From assembly GCF_024700885.2 (NCBI RefSeq), contig NZ_CP117016.1: DNA of 64,000 nucleotides; one strand, written 5' to 3'. Source of the stretch: Escherichia coli. Its GTDB lineage: Bacteria; Pseudomonadota; Gammaproteobacteria; Enterobacterales; Enterobacteriaceae. The position numbers and the translations under genes are program-made. How positions within the stretch are numbered: the stretch's first letter is position 1; each line of letters begins with the position of its first letter. The notes under the pieces are model-generated. The model was not told the DNA's origin, made no database searches, and saw nothing but the letters and a program-made list of their open reading frames with translations. This document shows, piece by piece, positions 19,625-29,786 of this stretch.

Positions 19625-21375
19625 CAGAACTCCATAACCGTGAAACGCTCGTTTTCTCCTTCGCCGCCAATTGGTTCGTTAATGACAGCAAGCATGGTTG
19701 CCCACGCAAGGTCGCCGTGGCTGATCCCCCTCGCGCGGTCCGTTTCGTAAGTGATAAAGCCGCCCGGTGTTTTCACCTTACGCACGGCGTTAAAGGCCGC
19801 GACCAGCTCGCGTTCGGCGCGATCGTATTCCCACCGCCCGGCACGCATTATTTGCAGCATTTTCAGTACCAGCGACCGTTTTGATGACAGCGTGAAGGTG
19901 TACGGAATAGCGGCAGGGAAAAACCGTTTCACTATCTGATAAACAGCCTCCCCGTTCCCGCCCGTCACATCAATGCCGATGTGTTCCACGTTGTAGCGAC
20001 ACGTGAACTCTTCAATGACTCTGGCCTGTTCTTCAAACTCCAGCCCCTGAACGCGTCGCGTCTCCACCGTTCGAAAACGGCCACCAGGAACAGACGGAGG
20101 AACCACCACGGACACAGCGCCGCTGTCGCCGTTGCCACTGCTGCCGTTTGCGTCATACCCAATCCATACCGGACGATTCCCCATCGGGCGGGGAGCAAAA
20201 GGTTTCCAGTCTTTCCAGTCGTCGTATCCGTCAACACCGCAGCCAATCAGGATATTCAGGTTAAATGCCGATTCCCCTTCGCGGACAAACTCACACATAT
20301 AGAGATTGAGGAACTCGTCTTCGGTGTTTTCATCACGAATTTCGTCGATATCGGTGTGTTCCCAGCCGTGATTAACCACATCTTCCAGCGTGACAATTTG
20401 CCGCCACGTCCGGTCAGGGCAGATAAGCCCGTTATGCAGCGTTTTCCAGTCCACAGAAAAACGCTGGCGTTTATGCGTGGCCTTTTTCTCGTTCCAGCGG
20501 TCGCCGTTCCAGTAGGCGTATGCCTCGTGCGTTTCGGTGGATGGCGTGGAGAAGTAGGTGCGCCGCAGTCCGCTGAGGGTTGCCATAGCGCCAGCCACCT
20601 TGCGCAGTTCAGCAAAGCGACTGACCCAGAAAAATTCATCAAAATAAAAATTGCCCGTATAGGACTGTGCCGACGCAGCAGAAGTGCCGAGAAAATGCAG
20701 CTCTGCGCCGTTGGAGAGGATGATTTTATCGCCCCCTTTCAGCTCCACATCAACTTCAGCCGCGGCCTTCTGAATAATGCTTTTAAACTGGAACGCCTGA
20801 CGACGCGACGCAGACAAAAAAATCTGGTTACGCTGGTAAGGTTGCGCCACATCGTCACGCAGCGCCATCAGCAGCGCTTCCTGTGCAAAATACCAGGTCG
20901 CCCCAATCTGTCGGGATTTCAGGATCATCCTGTTACGTATCCCTGCTTCCCTGCAAAGGGTCAGGGAGTCAAACCAGCCCCGCTGATGCCACTCCAGCCT
21001 GCTGATGATTTTTTCCCGCAGTGCGGCAATCTGTTCCGGCGTGAAATGATTTTTAAGCTTTTTCGCCCGGCCTTTCTTTCCTGTGGCCGTCGCATCCGGC
21101 TGGCCATCATGCAGTTTTTTAAGCTGCCGGGTCAGCAGGTCTATTTCCTTGAAGTCACCACCTGTTTTATTCTGTTTTTCAGTGAGCTGGATGAGGCGCG
21201 CATCGATGGACTGCGTGACACGCTGCACGGGTGGCGTTTCATCCCACTGGTCGCGTTTTTTCCACGCATAAATCGTGTTCGGGTTTATTCCCATCAGACG
21301 TGATATTTCTGCGGGCGGATAACCCTGCCAGTAAAGTTGCCGCGCACGCTGGCGCACAAAAGCGTCCTGAATCAT
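19624..21375 (-). CDS. P: Terminase large (ATPase) subunit (P2 gpP-like)
   Basis: 583-aa ORF recognised as P2-type terminase ATPase; stop overlaps Q start. Confidence 0.85.
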   Translation of the reverse strand: MIQDAFVRQRARQLYWQGYPPAEISRLMGINPNTIYAWKKRDQWDETPPVQRVTQSIDARLIQLTEKQNKTGGDFKEIDLLTRQLKKLHDGQPDATATGKKGRAKKLKNHFTPEQIAALREKIISRLEWHQRGWFDSLTLCREAGIRNRMILKSRQIGATWYFAQEALLMALRDDVAQPYQRNQIFLSASRRQAFQFKSIIQKAAAEVDVELKGGDKIILSNGAELHFLGTSAASAQSYTGNFYFDEFFWVSRFAELRKVAGAMATLSGLRRTYFSTPSTETHEAYAYWNGDRWNEKKATHKRQRFSVDWKTLHNGLICPDRTWRQIVTLEDVVNHGWEHTDIDEIRDENTEDEFLNLYMCEFVREGESAFNLNILIGCGVDGYDDWKDWKPFAPRPMGNRPVWIGYDANGSSGNGDSGAVSVVVPPSVPGGRFRTVETRRVQGLEFEEQARVIEEFTCRYNVEHIGIDVTGGNGEAVYQIVKRFFPAAIPYTFTLSSKRSLVLKMLQIMRAGRWEYDRAERELVAAFNAVRKVKTPGGFITYETDRARGISHGDLAWATMLAVINEPIGGEGENERFTVMEF

Positions 21376-21529
21376 TGCTCCCCCTGAGTAATTACAGGAA
21401 GATTACCCGCGCGCGAAACTGTTCTCCTTAACCCCCTGTTCTGGCCGTTTTCTTACAACAAAAGCCCTTTGTATCAGCCTGTTACGCTTTGCCATCATGA
21501 CTGAAGAACCAGTCAGAGGGGCAAAAACT

Positions 21530-22366
21530 ATGGCTAATGAAAAAAAGACATCCCGCAAAAAGTTTCGCGTGGCTGTCTCCGGTGTAACGGCAGACGGGCG
21601 CGAAATCAACGGCGACATGCTGAAAGCTGCCGCCACCAGTTATAACCCGTCCGTTTATGGTGCACGTGTGAATATTGAGCACATCCTGTCACCACTCCCC
21701 GGTAGCGAGTTTTCCGCTATGGGCGATGTTGTGGGGTTGAGCACCGAAGACATAACCGATGGCCCGCTGGCAGGCCGCACGGCACTGTATGCCGAAATTG
21801 AGCCGACCGCTCGCATGATGTCCCTGCTTAACGATGGTAAAAAAATTTACTCCAGTATTGAGCTGGAACCACAGTCAACCATCACGGGAGGCCCTTACCT
21901 GCGCGGGCTGGCAATGACCGACACCCCTGCCAGCCTGGGCACGGAACGTCTGGCCTTTGCGGCACAACAACGTATGCAACTGATGACATTCAACTGTCAG
22001 CAGGGAGACGTGGCGATGTTTACCGCCGCTATGGAGTCAGAACTTATCGAACTCACCGAACAACGTCAGGAAGAAGGCACCCAGTGGTTTAACCGCGTTA
22101 TGGGGATTATTGGCCGTGGCCGCAAAGCGGATGACGCCAGTTTCTCCCGTATTCAGGAAGCGGTGGAAGGTGTCGCAACGTCACAGGCCGACATTATCGA
22201 CCGTTTTAATGCGCTGGAAACCCGCCATCAGCAGGACAGCCAGAAAATCACTTTACTGACCACAGAGCTGACAGCACTGAAGGAAAAACTGCGCACGCAG
22301 GACGGCGATCCGCAGAACCGGTTCACCGCAACGGGCGCAGCCTCCGATCAACTGGCTGACTTCTGA
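21530..22366 (+). CDS. O: Capsid scaffolding protein (P2 gpO-like)
   Basis: Start at MANEKK with RBS cagagggg; FRVAVSG..DGREI..YG.R.N.EH resembles P2 O N-terminus. Confidence 0.8.
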   Translation: MANEKKTSRKKFRVAVSGVTADGREINGDMLKAAATSYNPSVYGARVNIEHILSPLPGSEFSAMGDVVGLSTEDITDGPLAGRTALYAEIEPTARMMSLLNDGKKIYSSIELEPQSTITGGPYLRGLAMTDTPASLGTERLAFAAQQRMQLMTFNCQQGDVAMFTAAMESELIELTEQRQEEGTQWFNRVMGIIGRGRKADDASFSRIQEAVEGVATSQADIIDRFNALETRHQQDSQKITLLTTELTALKEKLRTQDGDPQNRFTATGAASDQLADF

Positions 22367-22389
22367 TAAGACAAAGGAGCAAATTTTTT

Positions 22390-23442
22390 ATGAATCTGGT
22401 GATGTCAGATATTACCCGCAACAAGCTGGGTTGCTATATGGCGCAGCAGGCGTCGCTTAACAACATCCCGGTATCTGCACTGGTATCGCGATTTACCGTG
22501 GAACCCTCGGTGCAGCAGCGTTTTGAAAACGCAGTAAAGGAGAGCACTGAATTTACAAAAAAAATTAACGTGTTCGGTGTGACCGACCAGAAAGGCGAAA
22601 AAATCCTCCTGGACACCACCGGGCCGATTGCGCGCACGAATACCAGTTATGACGGCACAAAACGCCGTAACCCGAATAACGTGGTTGATCTGAAAAACCG
22701 CAAATATCAGTGCGAACAGGTGAACTACGACACGTTTATTTCGTATCCGCAGCTTGATGCCTGGGCGGCACACCCTGATTTTCAGTCACGCGTCAGCACA
22801 CAGATTGCCCGGCAGGTGGCGCTTGACCGCATCATGATCGGTTTCAACGGCACGTCTCACGCAGATGAGTCCAACTTCAGCACCAACAAGCTGCTTCAGG
22901 ACGTTAACGTGGGATGGCTGGAGCACATCAGAACCGACGCCAGCGAGCGCGTAATGAATGACGTGACGCTGACCTCCCGCAACATGGACAACACCGTGGC
23001 GCACGCGGGTAAGTATGCGAACGCTGATGCACTGGTACAGGACGCGCGCTCATCCCTGCTGGATGAATGGCACAAGGAAGCTGACGACCTCGTGGTGATT
23101 ATGGGGCGCAACCTGTTTAACTCGCTGCGTCTGCCCGTGCTGAACAGCATCAGCGGCCAGAATCCCAATGCGGAATTACTTGCCGGACAGCTCATCCTGT
23201 CATCGCGCGCCATTGGCGGACTGGATGTATTCCTTGCGCCGTTCTTCCCGGATTCAACGATGCTGATCACCTCGTTCAACAACCTGTCGATTTACTGGCA
23301 GAAAGGAACAATGCGTCGCCTGATGAAAGACGAGCCGGAATACAACCGCATCGCCACCTACCAGTCCATCAATGACGCTTATGTCGTTGAAGACTATGGC
23401 AAGTGCGCGATGGTCACTGGCCTGAAGTTCGCCGACAGCTAA
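22390..23442 (+). CDS. N: Major capsid protein (P2 gpN-like)
   Basis: 350 aa; FTVEPSV, MIGFNG, VGWL, LSIYW, YVVEDYG blocks match remembered P2 N. Confidence 0.85.
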   Translation: MNLVMSDITRNKLGCYMAQQASLNNIPVSALVSRFTVEPSVQQRFENAVKESTEFTKKINVFGVTDQKGEKILLDTTGPIARTNTSYDGTKRRNPNNVVDLKNRKYQCEQVNYDTFISYPQLDAWAAHPDFQSRVSTQIARQVALDRIMIGFNGTSHADESNFSTNKLLQDVNVGWLEHIRTDASERVMNDVTLTSRNMDNTVAHAGKYANADALVQDARSSLLDEWHKEADDLVVIMGRNLFNSLRLPVLNSISGQNPNAELLAGQLILSSRAIGGLDVFLAPFFPDSTMLITSFNNLSIYWQKGTMRRLMKDEPEYNRIATYQSINDAYVVEDYGKCAMVTGLKFADS

Positions 23443-23487
23443 TCAACTCACGGCGGGCATCATGCCCGCCTGTAACGGAGAGAAAAA

Positions 23488-24288
23488 ATGATTACTCCTG
23501 CACAGCAACACTGGCAGAACGTGATGGCACAGCGCGCAGGCCGGGCGAATGAAGGCGTGGACCACGCCGCGCGTACCGCGCATGAAGAGGTGCTGTATCG
23601 TCTGCGTCTGGCACAGGCCCGACTTAAGGGCGTACAGGCCAGAAGCGCGAAAGCCGCCATCAAAAAAGAGTTGTTGCCGGACTTTTCCGGCTGGATTGAG
23701 GGAACGCTGGAGGCTGACGGCGGGCAGCAGGATGAAGTGATTGCCACGCTGATGGTGTGGGCAATTGACTGCGGCGATCTTCCGCTGGCGCTGCGTATTG
23801 GTGCGTATGTGGTCCGTCACAACCTCATCATGCCGGATAACTTTGGCCGTACTGCTGCCACGGTACTGACCGAAGAAATCTGCAACCCGGTACTGACGCA
23901 GGCCGGGACGGATGCCGACGCGGATTTGTCCGCCTTTATCGAACCACTGGACACACTTTGGGAAATTGTCGCCAACCAGGATATGCCGGACGAAGTGCGC
24001 GCCAAATTATGCAAGGCGTGCGCCTTTGCCCGCCGTAGCCTGAGCGATGCGGACAGCATGGCCTCATCACTGAAGCTGCTGCGCGAAGCGATGCACCTGA
24101 ACCCGAACGCAGGTGTGAAACGCGAGATTGCAACCCTTTCCCGCGCTCTGAAAAAAGCCGATTCCGCAGCCGCACCAGAAGATGCCAGCACACCGCAGGC
24201 GCAGAACGAAAGCAGCAAAAGTAAAAAGACAACGCGGAAGCCTGCAACACGAAAAACCACCGCGACGCAGAAGGCGAAGCGCGGTTAA
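23488..24288 (+). CDS. M: Terminase small/endonuclease subunit (P2 gpM-like)
   Basis: 266-aa ORF in the P2 M position with basic C-terminal tail. Confidence 0.75.
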   Translation: MITPAQQHWQNVMAQRAGRANEGVDHAARTAHEEVLYRLRLAQARLKGVQARSAKAAIKKELLPDFSGWIEGTLEADGGQQDEVIATLMVWAIDCGDLPLALRIGAYVVRHNLIMPDNFGRTAATVLTEEICNPVLTQAGTDADADLSAFIEPLDTLWEIVANQDMPDEVRAKLCKACAFARRSLSDADSMASSLKLLREAMHLNPNAGVKREIATLSRALKKADSAAAPEDASTPQAQNESSKSKKTTRKPATRKTTATQKAKRG

Positions 24289-24389
24289 CGACTGACCCCG
24301 TCAGCGGGCGGCGTGCGCGGTGTTCCGGTTTGACTCCGTGACCGTTTACACCGCGCACCCACCGCCCGATTTTTTCAGGAGTGAACCCC

Positions 24390-24884
24390 ATGAGTATGGT
24401 TGCCAGAACCAACCCCGGCCCCGCAGAGGACGACATCACCGATACCGATGATGGTGATACCCGTATTTCAGCGGGTGCATTCTGGCCGGATATTGTGCTG
24501 CGTGAGCTGCGTCTGGCGGTACGACTGCCGGGGCGCGTGACCACCTCCCGCCTGCTGCATACCGCCACCGGGGCCGTGGCACACGTTACCCGCGAGCTGG
24601 AAGCGTGGCAGCAGGAACAGCAGGCGGCTGGCCATCAGACGCTGGCCGATGTTCCGGCACCCGTAATTAACGGAGAAAGCGTCAATCTCTGGCGCTGGCG
24701 CAATGCTGTTTATACCGCCACACGCGCCCTGATTCTGGAGCGTTACCGCGATGCGGACACAACGGACAAGGGCGACCGCCGGGCGGACGCACTGGATATA
24801 CAGACATCGGATTTGTGGCGCGATGTGAGCTGGGCCATCTCTGACATTCTGTGCCGCCCGCGAATCTTTGCGGAGTTGTGCTGA
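24390..24884 (+). CDS. L: Head completion/stabilisation protein (P2 gpL-like)
   Basis: ATG at 24390 preceded by aggag; the track ORF starts at GTG 24381. Confidence 0.7.
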   Translation: MSMVARTNPGPAEDDITDTDDGDTRISAGAFWPDIVLRELRLAVRLPGRVTTSRLLHTATGAVAHVTRELEAWQQEQQAAGHQTLADVPAPVINGESVNLWRWRNAVYTATRALILERYRDADTTDKGDRRADALDIQTSDLWRDVSWAISDILCRPRIFAELC

Positions 24885-25084
24885 TGAAAGTGAAGGCACT
24901 GGAAGGCGACACCGTGGATTCGCTCTGTTTCCGGTACTACGGCACGACGCAGGGCGTCACCGAAAAGGTGCTGGATGCCAACCCCGGACTCTGTCAGCAG
25001 GTATTTCTGGACGCCGGGCAGGAAGTGGAGATGCCGGAGCCGGAGAAGAAGAAACGAGAAATGATTCAGTTGTGGGGGGAGTAG
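24884..25084 (+). CDS. X: Tail protein X-like small protein
   Basis: 66-aa ORF MKVKALEGDTVDSLCFRYYG, ATG overlapping the L stop (TGATG). Confidence 0.65.
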   Translation: MKVKALEGDTVDSLCFRYYGTTQGVTEKVLDANPGLCQQVFLDAGQEVEMPEPEKKKREMIQLWGE

Positions 25085-25086
25085 CA

Positions 25087-25410
25087 GTGAGCACCATTCA
25101 AACAGGGATCACAGAGCAGGTTATTGCATGGCTCTTTGACCACCTGCCAACGGTGTATGCAGTAGGCGCGGCGGTCAGCATTTCCGCGCTGATGAGTCTT
25201 TATGACGGACGAACACTGGTTCAGACCGTAACGGGATCGCTGGCGTGCGGCGTTCTTGCCATGGCCGTGGCCGGGTCGTTGCGCTTCTTCGGTTTTCCTG
25301 AAGATGCCGTGACGTTTATCGGCGCATCAATCGGTTTTATGGGGGCAGAGAAAGCACGCGACAAGGTTATTGCGGCCTTTAATCGCAGGGTGAAGGAGAA
25401 GGACGAATGA
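25087..25410 (+). CDS. Putative holin
   Basis: GTG start after strong RBS ggggggag; two hydrophobic segments and a charged C-terminus; directly upstream of endolysin. Confidence 0.6.
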   Translation: MSTIQTGITEQVIAWLFDHLPTVYAVGAAVSISALMSLYDGRTLVQTVTGSLACGVLAMAVAGSLRFFGFPEDAVTFIGASIGFMGAEKARDKVIAAFNRRVKEKDE

Positions 25411-25799
25411 GCAACACATTTAAATTCAGCAGCCGGAGCGAAAAGAATTTGCAGGGCGTAAATCCTGATCTGGTGAAAGTGACCCGACGGGCACTGGAAA
25501 TTTCGGAAGTGGATTTTGGTATCACCGAAGGGTTGCGCAGCCGTTACCGCCAGAAGCAACTTGTGGCCACAGGTAAGAGCCAGACCATGAACAGCCGCCA
25601 CCTTACGGGACATGCCGTGGATGTTGTGGCTTATATCGGCAGCCAGGTGTCATGGGAATGGCCGCTGTACGAAAAAATCGCAGCCGCATTCAGACAGGCC
25701 AGCCGGGAACTGAATATTCCGGTGGAATGGGGCGGCGACTGGAAGACCCTGAAAGACGGACCGCATTTTCAGTTACCACACGGAGCCTATCCGGCATGA
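25407..25799 (+). CDS. Endolysin, peptidase M15 (L-alanyl-D-glutamate peptidase) type
   Basis: 130 aa with SRHLTGHAVD zinc-binding motif; sits where P2 has lysozyme K. Confidence 0.75.
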   Translation: MSNTFKFSSRSEKNLQGVNPDLVKVTRRALEISEVDFGITEGLRSRYRQKQLVATGKSQTMNSRHLTGHAVDVVAYIGSQVSWEWPLYEKIAAAFRQASRELNIPVEWGGDWKTLKDGPHFQLPHGAYPA

Positions 25800-26203
25800 A
25801 GCTCTGGCCAACGCTTGGCGTCGCTTTCCTTCTGATTGTCGGATGGGGAACATCCATGCGTCTGTCATGGTCGCTGGGCCGGGAGAACGCCAGAAACGAA
25901 GCGCAGGCCAGCACCCTGAAACGTACCGCCGACACCCTGAATATCATCAGCGCCGGGGTACAGGATATGCAGCAGGTGCTGGCGCAACTCCGCGTGGAAA
26001 ATCAGCAACGCAATCAGGACGGAGAGGCAAGACGTGAACAGCTACGCAACGATATTGCAAAAGATGAATGCGCCCACGCTTTGCCTGACGCTCGTTTTAC
26101 TGACAGGCTGCGCAGGCACGCAGAACGCGCTACGGCCAGCGCCGTCAGTCCGGCTTATACCGCAGACGCTGACCATACCGGTAACGCCTCCCCCCTTCCC
26201 TGA
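25796..26203 (+). CDS. i-spanin (LysB/Rz-like)
   Basis: N-terminal TM segment then coiled coil; ATGA overlap with endolysin. Confidence 0.65.
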   Translation: MKLWPTLGVAFLLIVGWGTSMRLSWSLGRENARNEAQASTLKRTADTLNIISAGVQDMQQVLAQLRVENQQRNQDGEARREQLRNDIAKDECAHALPDARFTDRLRRHAERATASAVSPAYTADADHTGNASPLP

Positions 26204-26354
26204 CACTCCCACATGGGGAAATCTCGGTATATGGGGCGACCGCCTTCTGGATGCACTGGAAACCTGTAACGCGGATAAACGGGCCATTGAATTACTGGAA
26301 CAGCGCAGGCTGCAACGACTGAACAACGAGGACAACAACCATGCTGAAAACTGA
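26064..26354 (+). CDS. o-spanin lipoprotein (LysC/Rz1-like), overlapping LysB in another frame
   Basis: MNAPTLCLTLVLLTGC lipobox and Pro-rich mature region; overlapping spanin architecture. Confidence 0.65.
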   Translation: MNAPTLCLTLVLLTGCAGTQNALRPAPSVRLIPQTLTIPVTPPPFPDTPTWGNLGIWGDRLLDALETCNADKRAIELLEQRRLQRLNNEDNNHAEN

Positions 26355-26808
26355 TTCCCTGCGTGAAGCCATGACCCGTTCATGCCGATGGTGTCAGGCC
26401 AACCCGGAAAAATTCACCATTTTCGTGGAGAGCGGCAACATTGAAACGACCGGAGAAACGCCCTCGTTTGTTTACCGCTATCAGATGGTGATGTTTGTCA
26501 TGGATTACGCCGGGGAGCTGGACGACCTCACGTTGCCGCTACTGGCGTGGTTATCCGAAAATCAGCCACAGTTGTTGCTCAATCCGGAGCGTAATCAGGA
26601 CATCAAATTTTCCGCCGTTATCAATGACGATGACAGCGCCGATCTCCTGTTTACGCTCCCCCTGCGGGAACGCGTTCGCATTACGCGCAACAGTCAGGGC
26701 ACACCGCAGGCAGAACACCTGCCGGAGCCAAAACCCCGTCTGCCCTCTTCCGAAGGCGACTGGTCACATGTATTCCAGGATGTGACGTGGGGTGAAAGCG
26801 ATGGATAA
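26341..26808 (+). CDS. R: Tail completion protein (P2 gpR-like)
   Basis: 155-aa ORF in the conserved position. Confidence 0.7.
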   Translation: MLKTDSLREAMTRSCRWCQANPEKFTIFVESGNIETTGETPSFVYRYQMVMFVMDYAGELDDLTLPLLAWLSENQPQLLLNPERNQDIKFSAVINDDDSADLLFTLPLRERVRITRNSQGTPQAEHLPEPKPRLPSSEGDWSHVFQDVTWGESDG

Positions 26809-27436
26809 GGCATTCACCCGTGTGGATGAAACCTTTGAGGCCATCCGCGACAGCCTGAATCAGCAGGCCATCAATAACATCGCCAGAAAGCTGGCACAGG
26901 ATTTACGCCGCGCCCAGCAGGCACGTATCCGGTCACAGAAAGCGCCGGACGGGACCGCGTGGACACCTCGCAGACGCCGCGTAACCCGGATACAGGAGCG
27001 CATTCGCTTTATCTGGAATAACGAAGCACGCACGCTGAAAAACTGGCATCACGACACGGGGAAATACGGGCGAACCATTACCGGGTGGGATGAGGATAAA
27101 AACAATATCCGCACGTTTTACCGGGATGACATCGACCGTTTTCTGGAAATACGCACCCGGCGCATCAACCAGGACAGCACAAAGCGCGTCCCCATGTTCG
27201 TAAAACTGCGCACCGCCCGCTACCTGAAAGCCCGTGCAGATGCTTCCGGTGTGACGGTGGGTTACAGCGGCGTGGCCGCACGTATTGCACGCGTTCATCA
27301 GTTCGGTGAGCGCGATCAGGTTGCGCCGGGCATTTTCACCGATTACTCGGTACGTGAGCTGCTGGGTATCAGCCTGGCAGATGAACGCCTGATTTATAAC
27401 ACGGTGCTGGGCCGGATTGCGGAGGCTGTACGGTGA
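26801..27436 (+). CDS. S: Tail completion/virion morphogenesis protein (P2 gpS-like)
   Basis: ATG 26801 with RBS; a GTG at 26792 is an alternative start. Confidence 0.7.
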   Translation: MDKAFTRVDETFEAIRDSLNQQAINNIARKLAQDLRRAQQARIRSQKAPDGTAWTPRRRRVTRIQERIRFIWNNEARTLKNWHHDTGKYGRTITGWDEDKNNIRTFYRDDIDRFLEIRTRRINQDSTKRVPMFVKLRTARYLKARADASGVTVGYSGVAARIARVHQFGERDQVAPGIFTDYSVRELLGISLADERLIYNTVLGRIAEAVR

Positions 27437-28014
27437 GCGCAGAACTCATGCGACTGCTGAGCAACATCATCCGCACCGGGATCATCTCTGAAGTTGATGA
27501 GGAATCCTGGTGCGTGCGCGTTCGCAGCGGCGAACTGGAAACAGGCTGGTTGCGCTGGAACACCACGCGCGCGGGAGCCTTCAATGTGTGGCTGCCGCCA
27601 TCACCAGGCGAACAGGTGGTAATTGCCTGCATTGGCGGCAACCCGGAAACCGCCATGATAATTGGCAGCCTGTGGAGTGATGCCATTCCGGCCCCCGGCA
27701 AAAGCCTGAAAGAAATCGTGGTCAGCGCGCCGGATGGCGCGGTGTTCCGCTACGACGCGGCCGCAGGCGCACTGAGCGCCAGCGGCATGAAAACAGCCAC
27801 CCTGCAGGCATCCGTCAGCGTGACACTGGATACGCCCGTCGTGGAATGCACAGACCTTCTGAGAACGGCGACGCTTGACGTCACAAAAGGGGGAAAGATG
27901 AGCGGCAATATCACGCACAGCGGCGGCAATTTCACCTCAAACGGCATCACAGTGCATACGCATAAACACGGTGGCGTTAAAGGTGGCAGCGATTCGACAG
28001 GAGGCCCGCAGTGA
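27433..28014 (+). CDS. V: Baseplate spike protein (P2 gpV-like)
   Basis: 193-aa ORF from GTG; glycine-rich C-terminus; P2 V-like. Confidence 0.8.
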   Translation: MSAELMRLLSNIIRTGIISEVDEESWCVRVRSGELETGWLRWNTTRAGAFNVWLPPSPGEQVVIACIGGNPETAMIIGSLWSDAIPAPGKSLKEIVVSAPDGAVFRYDAAAGALSASGMKTATLQASVSVTLDTPVVECTDLLRTATLDVTKGGKMSGNITHSGGNFTSNGITVHTHKHGGVKGGSDSTGGPQ

Positions 28015-28361
28015 CAACCCGCTATACAGGAATGAACCCGGACGGAACGGGAAACCTGAACGATATGGAGCACCTGAAACAGTCAGTCAAGGACATCCTG
28101 ACCACCCCGCTGGCAAGCCGGGTTATGCGACGGGAATATGGCAGCCTTGTGCCTGATTTGATAGACGAACCCATGAATAACACCACGCGTCTGCAATGCA
28201 TGAGTGCTGCCGTGATTGCGCTGACACGATGGGAACCCCGCATTGCCCTGGATGCCATCGACGTTGTCTGGAAGGCAGGAGGCCGCGCCGGGGTGACGCT
28301 GTCGGGCACTGTCATGCAGACCATGCAGAATGTTGAATTAACCATCACGCTGAGGGAGTAA
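28011..28361 (+). CDS. W: Baseplate protein (P2 gpW-like)
   Basis: 116-aa ORF from GTG with RBS aggagg. Confidence 0.75.
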   Translation: MTTRYTGMNPDGTGNLNDMEHLKQSVKDILTTPLASRVMRREYGSLVPDLIDEPMNNTTRLQCMSAAVIALTRWEPRIALDAIDVVWKAGGRAGVTLSGTVMQTMQNVELTITLRE

Positions 28362-28364
28362 ATC

Positions 28365-29261
28365 ATGCCTGCCGTTGACCTTTCACAGTTACCGGAACCC
28401 GCCATCATCGCGGAGCCTGACTTTGAGGCAATTCTGGCTGACACAAAGGCCATGATGATTGCGTCCTATCCCGCCGAACAGCGTGAAGCCGTTTCCGCCG
28501 CGCTGGAGCTGGAATCGGAACCCCTTAACGTTATCGCTCAAACCATGTCGTTTCGTGAAATGCTGTTACGCCAGCGGGTCAATGAGGGTGCACGCGCCTG
28601 CATGCTAAGCCACAGCGCCGGGACAGACCTGGACAACCTCGCGGGCAATATGAACACAAAGCGCCTGGTTATCACTCCGGCAACGGATACCACCGACGCA
28701 GTGATGGAAAGTGACACCTCGCTGAGACTACGGGCGCAACGGGCATATGACGGTCTGAGTGTTGCTGGCCCGTCAGGTGCATACGAGTATTTTGCACGCA
28801 GCGCCAGCGGTCTGGTACGCGATGCGCGGGCCATCAGCCCGTCTCCGGCCAACGTGACGGTTTCCATCCTGTCCACTGAGGGCGACGGCACAGCAACGGA
28901 GGCGTTGCTTAATACCGTTCGCGCCGTTCTGAATGCAGAGCATACCCGCCCGGTGGCCGACCGCCTGACCGTACAGAGTGCCAGAATCGTGACATGGCGG
29001 CTGAATGCAAAACTGTACTTTTACCCCGGCCCGGAATCCGAACCTATTCTGGCCGCGGCGGAATCGTCATTCAGGAAGTGGCTGGCTGAACAGGGGCTTA
29101 TCGGTCAGGACGTGGCGTTGTCCGCCATTGCTGCCGCACTTCATGTACACGGCGTGCAACGCGTGGAGATAATCGAACCCACACAGAATATGGCCATCAG
29201 CGACATACAGGCGGCGCGCTGTGAGTCATTCACCATCAGCGAAGGTGGGCGTAATGAGTAA
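28365..29261 (+). CDS. J: Baseplate wedge protein (P2 gpJ-like)
   Basis: 298-aa ORF in the conserved position. Confidence 0.8.
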   Translation: MPAVDLSQLPEPAIIAEPDFEAILADTKAMMIASYPAEQREAVSAALELESEPLNVIAQTMSFREMLLRQRVNEGARACMLSHSAGTDLDNLAGNMNTKRLVITPATDTTDAVMESDTSLRLRAQRAYDGLSVAGPSGAYEYFARSASGLVRDARAISPSPANVTVSILSTEGDGTATEALLNTVRAVLNAEHTRPVADRLTVQSARIVTWRLNAKLYFYPGPESEPILAAAESSFRKWLAEQGLIGQDVALSAIAAALHVHGVQRVEIIEPTQNMAISDIQAARCESFTISEGGRNE

Positions 29262-29784
29262 TTCACTGTTACCGCCATCAGCCAGCAGTTTCATGCGTCG
29301 TGCCGAAGCTGTCGGAACGCGCATTACAGACATCCCGGTAGACCTCAACACGCTGTGGTCGCCGGACACCTGCCCGGTGCACCTGCTGCCTTATCTCGCC
29401 TGGGCATTTTCCGTTGACCGCTGGGATCGCAACTGGCCGGAAGAGACAAAGCGACAGGTGATTCGTGATGCATGGCTGATACACCGACACAAGGGAACCA
29501 TCAGCGCACTGCGCCGGGCCATTGAGCCGCTGGGATACCTCATTCGTGTGTCTGAGTGGTGGGAGTTCGGCGGAGAACCGGGAACATTTACCGTTGAAGT
29601 GGGCACGCTGGACAGTGGCGTGACGGAGGAAATGTATCTGGAAATGGAGCGGTTGATTGCTGATGCCCGCCCGGTCAGCCGCCACATGACAGGGCTGAAT
29701 ATCATTCAGGAGATCCCGGGAGATATTTTCGCGGCGGCAGCAACTTACGACGGTGAAGTCATTACCATTTATCCGGACGATTAA
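29254..29784 (+). CDS. I: Baseplate protein (P2 gpI-like)
   Basis: ATG overlapping J stop; a GTG at 29221 is the track start. Confidence 0.75.
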   Translation: MSNSLLPPSASSFMRRAEAVGTRITDIPVDLNTLWSPDTCPVHLLPYLAWAFSVDRWDRNWPEETKRQVIRDAWLIHRHKGTISALRRAIEPLGYLIRVSEWWEFGGEPGTFTVEVGTLDSGVTEEMYLEMERLIADARPVSRHMTGLNIIQEIPGDIFAAAATYDGEVITIYPDD

Positions 29785-29786
29785 GC

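Noticed and set aside
19981-21303. 440-aa plus-strand ORF
   Set aside because: Antisense to the terminase large subunit gene, which has clear homology; the long open frame is a by-product of GC-rich coding sequence
23936-24568. 210-aa minus-strand ORF, Arg-rich
   Set aside because: Antisense to terminase small subunit M and the M-L intergenic region; Arg/Ser-rich composition and no start context
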